Assembly: GCA_018829185.1 (NCBI GenBank)
Contig: JAHJUI010000014.1
Location: forward strand, 1 to 56,680
Source of the DNA: Nanobdellota archaeon
GTDB lineage: Archaea > Nanobdellota > Nanobdellia > SCGC-AAA011-G17 > PNOQ01
Direction of reading: 5' to 3'
DNA: 56,680 nucleotides
Shown: positions 27,500 through 40,870 of the stretch, piece by piece
How the letters are laid out: every line of letters begins with the position of its first letter
Numbering within the stretch: position 1 is the stretch's first letter
Position numbers and translations under genes: made by a program
Notes under the pieces: generated by a model
Told to the model about the DNA's origin: nothing
Databases searched by the model: none
What the model saw: only the letters and a program-made list of their open reading frames with translations

Positions 27500-27585
27500 C
27501 CTCTTTTTCCCCAGCGGGAATGCTTCGGTGTTCCTGCCAGGGTTTATACCTATAAGTGTGAACTCGGTTAATTTACTATAAAATT
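27500..27585 (+). ncRNA. candidate small structured RNA (unknown class)
   Basis: A duplicated promoter module (27434-27474) is followed by no ORF. Instead there is a G/C-rich extended hairpin, CCCCAGCGGGAATGC-TTCG-GTGTTCCTGCCAGGG (27509-27542). The ends are approximate. Confidence 0.3.
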
Positions 27586-27596
27586 TTAAGAAATGA

Positions 27597-27791
27597 TTAT
27601 TCTTCTTTTTTAGCTTTCATTTCTACATAGCCACATTTACCACAATATAACCTATCTTTGTGATCACCTAAGAATATTCCGTCACCACATTTAGGACAAC
27701 TTTTTCCACGAGTAAGTTTATCCCCTTCTACTTTATATTTTGTCCATCTTTTACTTGGGACTTTATTTTTAACTTGTTTTTTACCCGCCAT
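27597..27791 (-). CDS. rps27ae: 30S ribosomal protein S27ae
   Basis: [24 protein letters not shown] zinc ribbon. Conserved operon position after S24e. Confidence 0.85.
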   Translation of the reverse strand: MAGKKQVKNKVPSKRWTKYKVEGDKLTRGKSCPKCGDGIFLGDHKDRLYCGKCGYVEMKAKKEE

Positions 27792-28152
27792 TTTCTTCCT
27801 TTATTTCTTCTTTTTTCTCTTCAGCTTTTGGTTCTTCTTTTGGGGCTTCAGCAGCTTTTGCAGCTTCTTCAGCAGCTTTTTTTGCTTGTGCTTTCATATG
27901 TTTAGTAACTGGTTCTGATTTTTTAAGATCTTCTTTAGAATCATAAACATAAGCAGTTACAATTGAACTTCCAGAACCAAAATCTGTTTTTATTTGTTTG
28001 ATCATAATTAATTCTTTTTTTGCATTTGCAGTTTTAGCAAGTTCTTTTTTTATGTTTTCTTTAGTTGGAGTACTTTTTCCATAATGTGCTACTTCTGCTT
28101 TTATTACTTTTTGATGTAATAATTTTGAATAGGTTTCATTAAGAATTTTCAT
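27781..28152 (-). CDS. rps24e: 30S ribosomal protein S24e
   Basis: [32 protein letters not shown]...[17 protein letters not shown]. Confidence 0.85.
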   Translation of the reverse strand: MKILNETYSKLLHQKVIKAEVAHYGKSTPTKENIKKELAKTANAKKELIMIKQIKTDFGSGSSIVTAYVYDSKEDLKKSEPVTKHMKAQAKKAAEEAAKAAEAPKEEPKAEEKKEEIKEENGG

Positions 28153-28328
28153 ATTTTAATTGCATATTCTCCTTTTTGTGTTATTTCTATATGTTTTGCA
28201 ATTTCTGATTTTTCAGGATCCATAACTGCTACACGGCCTTTCCAACTTTCAACAAATTGGTTGCCTTTACAAATAGGGCATTTGTTTCCTTTTACAAATA
28301 TTTTGCATTTTTTACATACTTTTTTCAT
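28149..28328 (-). CDS. spt4: transcription elongation factor Spt4 (RpoE'')
   Basis: MKKVCKKCKIFVKGNKCPICKGNQFVESWKGRVAVMDPEKSEIAKHI. 59 aa, not in the track. ATGA overlap with rps24e. Confidence 0.8.
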   Translation of the reverse strand: MKKVCKKCKIFVKGNKCPICKGNQFVESWKGRVAVMDPEKSEIAKHIEITQKGEYAIKI

Positions 28329-28516
28329 TTTTTAGATCCTTTATAATCACTAAAAATAACTGTGAAGATAAATAAGATTAAGAATAGAACTATTAAACCA
28401 ATCAAAACATGTAAAGTTGGATGCATTACTATTCTAGCGAATATAAAATAATGTAAGATTAGAGTTATTAATATTGAAACTCCATATAATATTAAATTTA
28501 AGTTTTTAGGTTTCAT
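28325..28516 (-). CDS. small membrane protein
   Basis: Two TM helices. Overlapping start and stop with both flanking genes inside the rpoE'-spt4 operon. Confidence 0.4.
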   Translation of the reverse strand: MKPKNLNLILYGVSILITLILHYFIFARIVMHPTLHVLIGLIVLFLILFIFTVIFSDYKGSKK

Positions 28517-29088
28517 TTTTTAGGTGCTGCTTTTTTAGCAGATTCTTTTGATTTTTTTAAATCTTCTTCAACATGATGCAATGCTCCAAGCCAAGGTTGT
28601 CTCATTGTTAAACCTATTTTTGGATTTGCAGGATCTTTATAACTTATTGCGATTACTCTTGCTCTGCAATCATCTCCTGCTTTTAATGTTCTTTTTGTTT
28701 CTTTTCCTTGTAAAGCATTATCTTTACTAAATGAAACATAATCATCCATTGTTTGTGAAATATGAATCATCCCATCAATTGGGCCAATATCTAGGAAAGC
28801 TCCGAAGTCAGTTATTTCAGTAATTTTTCCAATAATTACTTCTTGTAATTCTGGTTTGAATGCAAATACTTTGAAAGTTGTTTCGTAATAAGCTGCACCA
28901 TCTCCAGGAATTATTATTCCTTCTCCGATGTTGGATATTGAATGGACACCAATTACAAAACCCAATTCTTTAGACATATAGTTGTCAAAATGTTGGTTTA
29001 GGCTTCTTAATACTGAAGTTTTTGTATCTCCCCCGAATTCTTTTGGGGGAACTCTGATGTGATCCATTAATTCGATTTCGTAAAACAT
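28513..29088 (-). CDS. rpoE: DNA-directed RNA polymerase subunit E' (Rpo7)
   Basis: MFYEIELMDHIRVPP...GKITEITDFGAFLDIGPIDGMIHISQ (S1 domain). Confidence 0.85.
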   Translation of the reverse strand: MFYEIELMDHIRVPPKEFGGDTKTSVLRSLNQHFDNYMSKELGFVIGVHSISNIGEGIIIPGDGAAYYETTFKVFAFKPELQEVIIGKITEITDFGAFLDIGPIDGMIHISQTMDDYVSFSKDNALQGKETKRTLKAGDDCRARVIAISYKDPANPKIGLTMRQPWLGALHHVEEDLKKSKESAKKAAPKK

Positions 29089-29134
29089 TTTATTGTTTAA
29101 AAGTGAACTGGTTTCTTTTATAAAGGTTTTGGTG

Positions 29135-29479
29135 TTAAATTTCTTTGATATATTTCTTTTGTCTTACTACGAGAGTTTTTATTCCTTTAACTTTTAATTT
29201 TTTTCTTAATTCTAAATCATTTGTTGCAACAATGGTTTTTTTATCAACAATATCTAGGATTAAATCATCAACTATTTTGTCTTTTTTTGTTTTAATTTCA
29301 ATGAAGTTTTTAACTATCTTTAGAGCTATTTTGTCGCCTAATTTGGTCAATTCATCTAATGTCGCATCTACTATTGCTAATTCAAAATTCGTGTCTAGAG
29401 CGTCACTTATGGAACTCTGTATGTCTATTTTATTGGTAATACAGTATATTATAAAGTTGGTGTCTAAGATTACTAACAT
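29135..29479 (-). CDS. PIN-domain protein (Fcf1-like)
   Basis: MLVILDTNFIIYC...IVATNDLELRKKL. Usual position upstream of rpoE'. Confidence 0.7.
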   Translation of the reverse strand: MLVILDTNFIIYCITNKIDIQSSISDALDTNFELAIVDATLDELTKLGDKIALKIVKNFIEIKTKKDKIVDDLILDIVDKKTIVATNDLELRKKLKVKGIKTLVVRQKKYIKEI

Positions 29480-29618
29480 AAATCGAAAATTACATTCATC
29501 ATATATAAATCTTTTGTTTTTTTGAAAGTTATAATGGCAATAGGGGCCTCCTAGTGCTTAAATATTGGGGTTTCAGGAGCAGAAAGGTTTTTATAGTTAG
29601 AGATGCTTTCAATAGTAG

Positions 29619-32618
<3,000 letters not shown>

Positions 32619-32621
32619 AAA

Positions 32622-32873
32622 ATGAATGAAGAAATAGCTAGGGGGAAAGTAAGAACAAAAAATGGAGTTACTCTAGAGATCTCTGTTAGGGGAACTGGCG
32701 AGGATTGTTGTTATTTTGTCTTAGATAATCCTGAGCATAAGGTTATTGAAATTCGTGGAGGGGATGAAATTGAAGTTTTTTATCCCGGTTTAAATGGATT
32801 TGAAAAAAGAGTTATTGCGGATATTTTAAAGATTGATTGGCAATTTGTTTATTGTGCTGCAGAAAATGGTTGA
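32622..32873 (+). CDS. hypothetical small protein between gyrB and gyrA
   Basis: 83-aa ORF starting 3 nt after the gyrB stop. Its stop overlaps the gyrA ATG region. Confidence 0.4.
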   Translation: MNEEIARGKVRTKNGVTLEISVRGTGEDCCYFVLDNPEHKVIEIRGGDEIEVFYPGLNGFEKRVIADILKIDWQFVYCAAENG

Positions 32874-35277
32874 AGAAAAAATACAAATTAAGTTAATTGA
32901 AGAAGAAATGAAAGAGAGTTATATAGATTATGCTATGTCTGTTATAGTTGGCAGAGCATTACCTGATGTTTGTGATGGTTTAAAACCAGTTCACAAAAGA
33001 ATTTTATTTGCTATGAAAAATATGGGTATGTGGAGTAATAAACCAACAAAGAAGTCAGCAAGAATTGTTGGAGAGGTTCTGGGTAAATACCATCCACATG
33101 GAGATTTAGCTGTTTATGATGCTTTAGTTAGAATGGCTCAAGAGTTTTCATTGAGATATCCTTTGATTAAAGGTCAAGGAAACTTTGGTAGTGTTGATGG
33201 GGATTCAGCAGCAGCTTCTAGGTATACTGAGGCAAAATTAAGTAAAATTGCTGAAGAGTTACTTGCTGATATTGACAAGAAAACGGTAAACTTTGTTCCT
33301 ACTTTTGATGGAGAAGGGGAAGAGCCTGTTGTTTTGCCTGCAAGAATTCCTAATTTGTTAGTTAATGGAAGTGCGGGTATTGCAGTTGGTATGGCAACTA
33401 ACATTCCACCGCACAATATTTCTGAAACTTGTAGTGCTGTAATAAAGATGATTGATAATCCCGGAATAGAAACTGCTGAGTTAATGGAAAATGTTTTAGG
33501 ACCTGATTTCCCAACAGGCGGAATTATTTGTGGTAAATCTGGAATTTTGAGAGCTTATGAAAAGGGGCGCGGAAGTGTTATTGTTAGATCAGTTACTGAT
33601 ATTGAAGAAAAAGGAGATAAGAAAGCGATTATTGTTACTGAAATTCCTTATCAAGTTAATAAAGCTAGGTTAATCGAAGCTATTGCTGATTTAGTTAGGA
33701 GTAAGAAAGTAGAAGGAATCTATGATATTAGGGATGAAAGTGATAGAAAAGGAATGAGAGTAGTTATTGAATTAAAGAAAAATGCTAATCCTGATATTAT
33801 TTTGAATCAGTTGCACAAACATACACAGTTACAGACTAGTTTTGGAATTAATATGCTGGCATTAGTTGCAGGTCAACCTAAATTATTATCATTAAAAGAA
33901 ATATTACATCAATTTATTTTGCACAGGCAAAGAATTGTTACAAGGAGAACTAAATTTGATTTAGAAAAAGCTGAAGAAAGGGCACATATCTTAATTGGTT
34001 TGAAGGTCGCATTGAATAATATTGATGCAGTTGTTAAAACAATTAAATCTAGTAAAGATGTTGTTGTTGCTAAACAATTGCTGATGCAGAGATTTAAACT
34101 TAGTGATAAACAATCAGTAGCTATTCTTGAAATGAGATTACAGAAATTAACTAGCTTAGAAACAACTAAAATTATGAAAGAATATGAAGAATTAATCAAA
34201 TTAATTGTTGATTTGAAAGATATTCTGGGTAGTGACAAAAGAATTTTTGATATTATTAAAGATGAATTAAAAGAAATAATTAGTAAATATGGGGATGAAA
34301 GAAGAACTCAGATTTTGGATGTTGAAGAAAATATTGAAGTTGAGGATTTGATCAAGAGAGAAGATGTAGTAGTTACTGTTACACATGAAGGTTATGCTAA
34401 GAAGTTGCTTTTAGATAATTACAAACAACAAAAACGTGGTGGAAAAGGCATTGTTGGAACTGGAACAAAAGAAGAAGATATTGTTGAGCATTTATTTACT
34501 TGCAATACCCATGATTATATTTTGTTTTTTACAAATAAAGGTAAAGTTTATTGGTTGAAGACCTATAGGATTCCAACGGCCACTAGATATAGTAAAGGAA
34601 GTAATTTGATTAATCTGATTAGGCTTGATAAAGGCGAGGTAATCAATGCTATTGTTCCGATTAAACAATTTAATGATACTGAAAATTTAATTATGGCAAC
34701 TAAAAATGGTTTGGTTAAGAAAACTGTTTTATCTGCATTTTCAAACCCAAGAAAAGGTGGAATAATTGCAATTAAATTAAGAGACAAAGATGAGTTAGTT
34801 AATGTTAAGCTGACTGATGGAAGTCAACAGCTGATATTGGGTACTAGGAACGGAATGGCTGTTAAGTTTGATGAGAAGCAAGTTAGGCAAATGGGAAGAA
34901 ATTCTTCTGGTGTTAGGGGTATTAGATTAGTTAATGATAAGGTTGTTGGAATGGAAATTGCGCATGATGATCTTAGTTTGTTAACTGTTACTGAGAATGG
35001 ATATGGTAAAAGAAGTTCAATTTCTGATTATAGATTGATTAATCGGGGTGGAAAGGGTGTTATTAATATTAAGACTTCTTTAAGGAATGGGAAAGTTGTT
35101 GGTATTAAGACAGTTGCTGATGATCATGAATTGATGTTTATTACTAAAAATGGAATTATTATTAGAACTACAACAAAAGATGTTTCTGTTATTGGAAGGA
35201 ATACGCAAGGTGTTAGATTGATGAAGATGAAAGAGAAAGATAAAGTGGTTGCTGTTACTAGAGTTATTATTGAATAA
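32866..35277 (+). CDS. gyrA: DNA gyrase subunit A
   Basis: MVEEKIQ...[26 protein letters not shown]...GKYHPHGD...AAASRYTE (catalytic Tyr), plus C-terminal beta-pinwheel repeats. Confidence 0.95.
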   Translation: MVEEKIQIKLIEEEMKESYIDYAMSVIVGRALPDVCDGLKPVHKRILFAMKNMGMWSNKPTKKSARIVGEVLGKYHPHGDLAVYDALVRMAQEFSLRYPLIKGQGNFGSVDGDSAAASRYTEAKLSKIAEELLADIDKKTVNFVPTFDGEGEEPVVLPARIPNLLVNGSAGIAVGMATNIPPHNISETCSAVIKMIDNPGIETAELMENVLGPDFPTGGIICGKSGILRAYEKGRGSVIVRSVTDIEEKGDKKAIIVTEIPYQVNKARLIEAIADLVRSKKVEGIYDIRDESDRKGMRVVIELKKNANPDIILNQLHKHTQLQTSFGINMLALVAGQPKLLSLKEILHQFILHRQRIVTRRTKFDLEKAEERAHILIGLKVALNNIDAVVKTIKSSKDVVVAKQLLMQRFKLSDKQSVAILEMRLQKLTSLETTKIMKEYEELIKLIVDLKDILGSDKRIFDIIKDELKEIISKYGDERRTQILDVEENIEVEDLIKREDVVVTVTHEGYAKKLLLDNYKQQKRGGKGIVGTGTKEEDIVEHLFTCNTHDYILFFTNKGKVYWLKTYRIPTATRYSKGSNLINLIRLDKGEVINAIVPIKQFNDTENLIMATKNGLVKKTVLSAFSNPRKGGIIAIKLRDKDELVNVKLTDGSQQLILGTRNGMAVKFDEKQVRQMGRNSSGVRGIRLVNDKVVGMEIAHDDLSLLTVTENGYGKRSSISDYRLINRGGKGVINIKTSLRNGKVVGIKTVADDHELMFITKNGIIIRTTTKDVSVIGRNTQGVRLMKMKEKDKVVAVTRVIIE

Positions 35278-35294
35278 AAAAAAGAAAAAAAGAA

Positions 35295-35441
35295 TTATTC
35301 CATTTTACCAATTTTGAACATTTTTGTACCACATTTAATACATGTTCCTTTAACGCAATCTCTGCCGTTTTTCATTTTAGCTGCTTTTGCGTCTTTCATT
35401 TCTCTTTTTGCTTTACATTTCATACAATATCCTATAACCAT
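35295..35441 (-). CDS. zinc-ribbon small protein
   Basis: MVIGYCMKCKAKREMKDAKAAKMKNGRDCVKGTCIKCGTKMFKIGKME has CxxC...CxxC. 48 aa, not in the track. Confidence 0.5.
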   Translation of the reverse strand: MVIGYCMKCKAKREMKDAKAAKMKNGRDCVKGTCIKCGTKMFKIGKME

Positions 35442-35527
35442 TTTTAATTTCCTCCTATAGTTTTTTTAATAAATTATGTTGTTTTTAATAGAAAAGCTTG
35501 CTATTTAAAGGTATTTATCAGTGATTT

Positions 35528-36754
35528 TTAGCTTTCTATGCTTGCAAAACCAATTAATCTCCATCTATTTCCTAATTGTCTAGAAATAGTTACTCTATCT
35601 TTTTTATCTGCACAAACTGGGATTTTTAGTTTTGCGTGGATTATGTCCTTTTTTAATTCATTTACAACACCCACTGTTGCAGATGAATTTACGTTAAGCA
35701 TTAGAATTTCTCCTTTTTTTATTGGTTCAACTACTAAGTCATCTTTTGCTCCAACCACTCTTTTTAATAATTCTGGCTTTAAAGTTAAATCATACCAAAC
35801 TGGGGGGATTTTTCCTTGTAGGCCAACAACATTTCCGGTTAAATTATCTGATTTTACAATTGATGGATCTAATTTTGTTAAAATTGCAGATGAACCTCCC
35901 GGAGTTATTTCTTTTACTTTTAAACTACTAGAATGTAAACCTTCGATTTCGGTTATAACTGGTTCCCAAACAAATTGATTTTCTTTTTCTGTTTTAAGTC
36001 CTGGTCTTATTTCTATTTTGTCTCCAACTTTTAAAGTTCCTTGTTTTATGGAACCTCCTAAAATTCCACCGACCAAATCTTTTACTTTTGAACCTGGTTT
36101 ATTGATATCAAATGAACGTGCTATGAAGAATAATGGATCTTTTTTTAAATCTCTTTTTGGTGTTTTAAATTCTTTTTCTATTGTTTCTATTAAAATATCT
36201 ATGTTTATTTTGTGTTGTGCAGAAATTGGGATTATTGGTGCATTTTCAGCAATTGTTCCTTTTACGAATTTTTTTATTTGCTCGTAATTAGCTAGTACTG
36301 TTTTTTCATCTACTAAATCTATTTTATTTTGAACTATGATTATATTTTTTATTCCGATTATGTCTAGGGCCATTAGGTGTTCACGGGTTTGAGGTTGTGG
36401 GCAGTTTTCGCTTGCAGCTATTAAAAGTAAGGCATAGTCCATAATTGCTGCCCCTGAAAGCATTGTGGCCATTAATGTTTCATGTCCTGGTGCGTCTATG
36501 AAAGAAACTTTTCTTTTTAATTCACATTTTTCCTTGCATGAGCATTTTTCTGAAGGGGAATATTTTTTACATTTTTTACAATAATAGAAAGCTGCATCGG
36601 CATAACCTAGTCTAATTGTAATACCTCTTTTAAGTTCTTCAGAATGAGTGTCTGTCCATTTTCCAGACAGAGCTTGCGTTAGAGTTGTTTTTCCATGATC
36701 AACATGGCCAATTAATCCTATACTAATTTCTGGTGTTAAATTGTCTTTAACCAA
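35528..36754 (-). CDS. eif2g: translation initiation factor aIF2 gamma
   Basis: IGLIGHVDHGKTTLTQALSG, zinc knuckle CKKCKK...CSCKEKC, DAPGHE, NKID. TTG at 36754 lies 1 nt after the rps6e stop. The alternative ATG at 36820 would overlap rps6e. Confidence 0.85.
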   Translation of the reverse strand: MVKDNLTPEISIGLIGHVDHGKTTLTQALSGKWTDTHSEELKRGITIRLGYADAAFYYCKKCKKYSPSEKCSCKEKCELKRKVSFIDAPGHETLMATMLSGAAIMDYALLLIAASENCPQPQTREHLMALDIIGIKNIIIVQNKIDLVDEKTVLANYEQIKKFVKGTIAENAPIIPISAQHKINIDILIETIEKEFKTPKRDLKKDPLFFIARSFDINKPGSKVKDLVGGILGGSIKQGTLKVGDKIEIRPGLKTEKENQFVWEPVITEIEGLHSSSLKVKEITPGGSSAILTKLDPSIVKSDNLTGNVVGLQGKIPPVWYDLTLKPELLKRVVGAKDDLVVEPIKKGEILMLNVNSSATVGVVNELKKDIIHAKLKIPVCADKKDRVTISRQLGNRWRLIGFASIES

Positions 36755-36755
36755 C

Positions 36756-37190
36756 TTATGTTGCCCCTTCTTTCTTTTCTTCTGCTTTTGACTCTTCTTT
36801 TGGAACTTCTTCTTTTCCAAATAGTTTGTCTAAAGAATCTTTACCTTGTTTAGTTACTTTGATATTAATTTGAGAAACTTCAGTTGATAATGCGTTTCCA
36901 CGAACTGTTTTTCTTTGTCTTTCACCATCTCTTTTTGCTTTTGCTCCTATCCCTGAAACTACTAAAGGTTTTGTTCTTCCTTGACCTTCCAGATCTTTCC
37001 TCATGGGGAAACCTTGTTTATCTGAACCACCAGTGATTTCTAATTCATAACCTTCTAAACCTAATTTAGTTCCACTTATTTTATCTCCTAGTTTTTTCCC
37101 TCTAAATTCAGAGGTTTCATCCCCGGAGATTGTTTTTTGATAGCTTTTTCCCGTTTTTGGATCATTTATTGTTAGTTTAAATTCAACCAT
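36756..37190 (-). CDS. rps6e: 30S ribosomal protein S6e
   Basis: FKLTINDPKTGKSYQ...GYELEITGGSDKQGFPMR. Confidence 0.85.
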   Translation of the reverse strand: MVEFKLTINDPKTGKSYQKTISGDETSEFRGKKLGDKISGTKLGLEGYELEITGGSDKQGFPMRKDLEGQGRTKPLVVSGIGAKAKRDGERQRKTVRGNALSTEVSQINIKVTKQGKDSLDKLFGKEEVPKEESKAEEKKEGAT

Positions 37191-37203
37191 TTTTTATTCC
37201 TCC

Positions 37204-38904
37204 TTATACACCCCAAGTAGCGTTAGTTTTTCTCTTTAAAGATGCTAGTTCTCTTAGAATTTCCACTTCTGCAGGGTTTAAATAGCTTTTGAATTCTTTT
37301 AATTTCCTAAAATCGCTTTCTGGAATGTTACTATATAATATATCTAACTCTTTTACTTGACGACCTGCAGTTATGTTTGGCAATGATATAGCAACTTGTT
37401 TTCCTTTCTCTGCTTCCTTTACATTTTTCCCATCTAACTGAATTTCTTTAACTTCTGTTAGATTTGAACCATCTTTTGTTATTTTGGTGTTAGATTTTAA
37501 CTTTCCTGCAAGAACTTCTACCCCCACAATTGCCGGATGCGATATGTGAAATATACAATTTTTTAAAACTTGTAATTTGAATGGTTTTATTAAGTTTCCT
37601 AATTGTTCTTCTTCAAGTCTTTTTGATTCTGTTTCTTGAAATTTTTCAATATCTTCTACAACCTTGTAAATGACATCACTATGAATTATTTTAACTTCTT
37701 TTGTTTCTATTGGTTTAACATTGAAAGCTAAGATTACTTTGAATAATGGATTTTCTTCTGCTGAAGCATTTGCCAAGTCATTTTTTGTTACATCTCCGAT
37801 TAATGCTTTTTTTATTAGAATATTTTTTTCCTTTAGTAATTTGGTTAATGCTTCTAAGGAACCGATTGTATCTGCTTTTATGATTATTCCTTCATTATCT
37901 GCTTCTATTAAGACCTCTTCAATTTCTTTTTGAACTTCTTCTTTTGTTTCTTCTAGATTTTTATTTGCAACTCTTACAGGCATTCCTACAATTGCGTGGT
38001 CTAAATTTGGAGCAGAAATTTTTAATGCTATTGCTGCTTCTGCTTCTTTTATGGGGATAAGTTTTTTATCTTCTTCAAACATAGCCTTGATTTTTGTTAC
38101 AATTGGTTCTCCGGTGTTTCCGATTACAATTGTGTCATTTTCTTTTATTCTTCCATCGTAAAGGATAATATCAATTGTTTTTCCTAACCCTTCTGTATCT
38201 TTTTTTTCTAGGATGATTGCTTTTCCTTCTATATTTTTATCTATTTCTAATTTTTTTTCTAAGAACTTTTGAGCTAAACCTGAAATAATCATTAATAATT
38301 CTGGAATCCCTAAACCAAATTTTGCAGAGGTTGGCACAATTGCAATTTGTTTTGTGTAATCTTCTACCCGGTCAAACCTTTCCGCATTAAATCCATGTTC
38401 TGCTAGTTTCCCTACTAGTTCGTATACTTTTGTGTCTAGTAAGTTTGTGAAATCTTGTGATTGTTGATTTATGTTTTCTAATAATGAATCTAATTCAGTT
38501 TTTCTAAATTGAGATAAAGTATCTATTTTGTTTGCTGCAATTATAAATGGAGTTTTGTAATGTTTTAGAATTTCAATTGCTTCTATTGTTTGAGGTTTTA
38601 ATCCTTCATTAATATCTATTACTAAAATTGCTACATCTGCAAGGTTTCCACCACGTTTTCTTAAAGTAGTAAAGGCTTCGTGACCGGGAGTGTCTAAGAA
38701 TAATAAACCAGGGATTTTAACTTGATCTTTAAGATTTTTACAGATTTTTTGTAGTTTTTCAGGAACTAATTTAGTACAAGAAATATGTTGAGTGATAGCT
38801 CCCGCTTCTTGAGCTGTTACTTTAGTACCACGGATTTGATCTAAAATAGATGTTTTTCCGTGGTCTACATGTCCTACAAATACGCATATTAATGAACGAA
38901 GCAT
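37204..38904 (-). CDS. infB: translation initiation factor aIF5B
   Basis: VFVGHVDHGKTSILDQIRGT..EAGAITQHI..LDTPGHEAF..NKID, followed by beta-barrel domains. Confidence 0.9.
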   Translation of the reverse strand: MLRSLICVFVGHVDHGKTSILDQIRGTKVTAQEAGAITQHISCTKLVPEKLQKICKNLKDQVKIPGLLFLDTPGHEAFTTLRKRGGNLADVAILVIDINEGLKPQTIEAIEILKHYKTPFIIAANKIDTLSQFRKTELDSLLENINQQSQDFTNLLDTKVYELVGKLAEHGFNAERFDRVEDYTKQIAIVPTSAKFGLGIPELLMIISGLAQKFLEKKLEIDKNIEGKAIILEKKDTEGLGKTIDIILYDGRIKENDTIVIGNTGEPIVTKIKAMFEEDKKLIPIKEAEAAIALKISAPNLDHAIVGMPVRVANKNLEETKEEVQKEIEEVLIEADNEGIIIKADTIGSLEALTKLLKEKNILIKKALIGDVTKNDLANASAEENPLFKVILAFNVKPIETKEVKIIHSDVIYKVVEDIEKFQETESKRLEEEQLGNLIKPFKLQVLKNCIFHISHPAIVGVEVLAGKLKSNTKITKDGSNLTEVKEIQLDGKNVKEAEKGKQVAISLPNITAGRQVKELDILYSNIPESDFRKLKEFKSYLNPAEVEILRELASLKRKTNATWGV

Positions 38905-38955
38905 TTTCCATCACAGGAATTTGGAATTTTCTTGGTTTAAAAGGTTTTTGGAGAA

Positions 38956-39135
38956 TTATTTTTTAACTATTTTTTCTTTAGAAGCCCATTTGTAATCTCT
39001 AGGCTTTCTTTTTAATTTAAGCATGTTCTTTTCACATTTCATAGCACAGAAGTTAAAAACTTTTCCAATTTTAGTAACATACATCTTTCCTGTTCCTTTT
39101 TCAATGTTTTTATTACAAAAAGAGCATCTAGGCAT
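38956..39135 (-). CDS. rpl24e: 50S ribosomal protein L24e
   Basis: MPRCSFCNKNIEKGTGKMYVTKIGKVFNFCAMKCEKN. 59 aa, not in the track. Confidence 0.8.
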   Translation of the reverse strand: MPRCSFCNKNIEKGTGKMYVTKIGKVFNFCAMKCEKNMLKLKRKPRDYKWASKEKIVKK

Positions 39136-39136
39136 T

Positions 39137-39397
39137 TTATTTTCCTTTCTGATTCATTCTTCTGGCTTCTATTTCTGTTTCTCTAAGCATTAAGGTATCA
39201 CCAACTCTTAAAGGACCTTTAACATTCCTTCTAAGAATTTTACCTTTATCTCTACCATCAAGAACTTTACATCTAACTTGAATAGCTTCCCCACGTGTTC
39301 CTGTTCTTCCAACTATTTCTTCTACAGTGGCTGGAACAGCAGTAGTGAATAAACTACTTTCTTTAGTTTCCTTATTTGTTTTCTGTTGTGGTTTCAT
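39137..39397 (-). CDS. rps28e: 30S ribosomal protein S28e
   Basis: [47 protein letters not shown]. Confidence 0.85.
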   Translation of the reverse strand: MKPQQKTNKETKESSLFTTAVPATVEEIVGRTGTRGEAIQVRCKVLDGRDKGKILRRNVKGPLRVGDTLMLRETEIEARRMNQKGK

Positions 39398-39809
39398 CTT
39401 TTACTTCTTCTTTCTTTGGTTCTTTTATTGGTTTTTCTTCTTTTTTTGGCTCTTCTTTTGGAACTTCTTCTTTTTCAACAATAACAGTTTTAGCTGCTTT
39501 TACAAAAGCTTTAATCATATCTTTTGTTTCGCCTTCTTTAACAATTGAGATTGCTGATGTTGGTACTCTTAATCCTGCTGCAGCACCTAATTCTTCTCTG
39601 CTGGGAACTTCTGCGTAAGGAATGCCTTTTTCTTCACATAAAGGTTTTATATGTAGAATTATTTCAGCTGGTGAAACATCTGTTGCTATAACAACTAATT
39701 TTGCTACGCCTCTTTCGATTGTTTTGGTAACTTCGTTAATACCTTTTTTGATCTTACCTGTTTTTTTGGCAAGTTCAACGGCTTCATAAGCTTTATTTGC
39801 TTCAGTCAT
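39372..39809 (-). CDS. rpl7ae: 50S ribosomal protein L7Ae (K-turn binding) with a K/E-rich tail
   Basis: [27 protein letters not shown]...[10 protein letters not shown]. Part of the conserved L7Ae-S28e-L24e operon. Confidence 0.9.
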   Translation of the reverse strand: MTEANKAYEAVELAKKTGKIKKGINEVTKTIERGVAKLVVIATDVSPAEIILHIKPLCEEKGIPYAEVPSREELGAAAGLRVPTSAISIVKEGETKDMIKAFVKAAKTVIVEKEEVPKEEPKKEEKPIKEPKKEEVKDETTTENK

Positions 39810-39854
39810 TTTAAACCTCCTATCATTGGTTTAATTTTTGAGAAAATTGAACGT

Positions 39855-40301
39855 TTATAAAGGTTTCTTTTGATCTTTTTTGTAAATTTTACTAAAAATT
39901 AAGTAAATTATAACATAACTTAGAATTGCTGATGAAAAAGCTAAGACTAAATCACCTACTACTAAGGGCCAAATCATATTTGCCATTTCTGTTCTAGAGA
40001 ATACATCTACGTTTGTTCTTACTTTTGCTCCTGTTAAAGTTGTTCCTATCCAAAGAATTGCTGCTAAAACAAAAGGTAATGTTGCTGGATTTATCATTGC
40101 AAAACCAGCCAGTATTGATAATTTGTTTACTTTGAAAAGAAGAACTATTAGTAGACAAAGGAGGATTCCAATTCCCGGTGTTGGGAGAATTCCTATGAAT
40201 AAACCAAGAGCAAAACCTAAAGCTATGGCATGGGGAGAAGTTTTTGCTTCTAGGATTTCATCAAACCATTTCTTTAATTTACTTTTCGTTTTTTTAAACA
40301 T
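39855..40301 (-). CDS. DUF2062-like membrane protein
   Basis: SPHAIALGFALGLFIGILPTPGIG pattern. Confidence 0.55.
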   Translation of the reverse strand: MFKKTKSKLKKWFDEILEAKTSPHAIALGFALGLFIGILPTPGIGILLCLLIVLLFKVNKLSILAGFAMINPATLPFVLAAILWIGTTLTGAKVRTNVDVFSRTEMANMIWPLVVGDLVLAFSSAILSYVIIYLIFSKIYKKDQKKPL

Positions 40302-40413
40302 AAATTAAGAAGTAATTCAGTTATTTATTAGGTTTTTGTTTATAAATGTTTTCAATAGTTTTATAAATTTTTTTATTCGAAATATTTATAAACTGTAATA
40401 TTAAAATAGTTTT

Positions 40414-40764
40414 ATGAAAAAGAAACCTGTTAACAACAATATTTGGATGTTAATTTATTGGGTAGTTGCTGTAGTGCTTGCTTGGATTTTTAAAGGAAAC
40501 GATTTGCCTCCTTTAGGATTTGCAGTAATTATCATAGGGATTGCTTTGCCTCTTTTTATCTTCATATTCCTGATTTGGATGCTTGTTGAGAAAAGAAAAA
40601 ACAAAATTAATTGGTATAAAAAATGGTCTTATTGGGTTTATATGATTATTTTTTTGGCAGTTGTAGTTTTAATTCTTATTTCAGGTGGTCCGCTTTCTGC
40701 AATGTTCTTCGCTTCAAGTTTAGCTTTTTTAGTTTTATTGCTTTTACCTGTATTTTTGAGATAA
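40414..40764 (+). CDS. membrane protein
   Basis: 116 aa with four hydrophobic segments. Confidence 0.5.
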   Translation: MKKKPVNNNIWMLIYWVVAVVLAWIFKGNDLPPLGFAVIIIGIALPLFIFIFLIWMLVEKRKNKINWYKKWSYWVYMIIFLAVVVLILISGGPLSAMFFASSLAFLVLLLLPVFLR

Positions 40765-40813
40765 AATGAAAAATAGGAAATTTTTATATAGCTTACTTTA
40801 TTAGGTTTTTACT

Positions 40814-40870
40814 ATGGAAATCAAAGTAAAGCAAGTAAAAGACTATGTTTGGGAAATTCCTAAAAAATGA
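40814..40870 (+). other. 18-codon upstream ORF resembling an RtcB N-terminus
   Basis: MEIKVKQVKDYVWEIPKK resembles the ..K.ID...WEIPK.. start of archaeal RtcB. The TATA box (TTTTTATATA) lies about 25 nt upstream. The stop overlaps the archease ATG (ATGA). Confidence 0.3.

Noticed and set aside
27500-27590. A 5S rRNA, a tRNA half or a C/D-box sRNA at the ORF-less promoter.
   Set aside because: There are no 5S loop-E or helix signatures, no T-arm or D-arm, and no RUGAUGA/CUGA boxes. It is kept only as an unclassified ncRNA candidate.
33174-38000. Antisense or alternate-frame ORFs inside gyrA, aIF2-gamma and aIF5B, for example 33174..33416, 33909..34238, 34563..34787, 35538..35978, 36018..36287 and 37721..37933. 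Similar ORFs lie inside ychF, gyrB, rtcB and the Cys-rich genes.
   Set aside because: They overlap strongly supported conserved genes on the other strand or frame. Their composition is low-complexity and driven by the AT-rich sequence.
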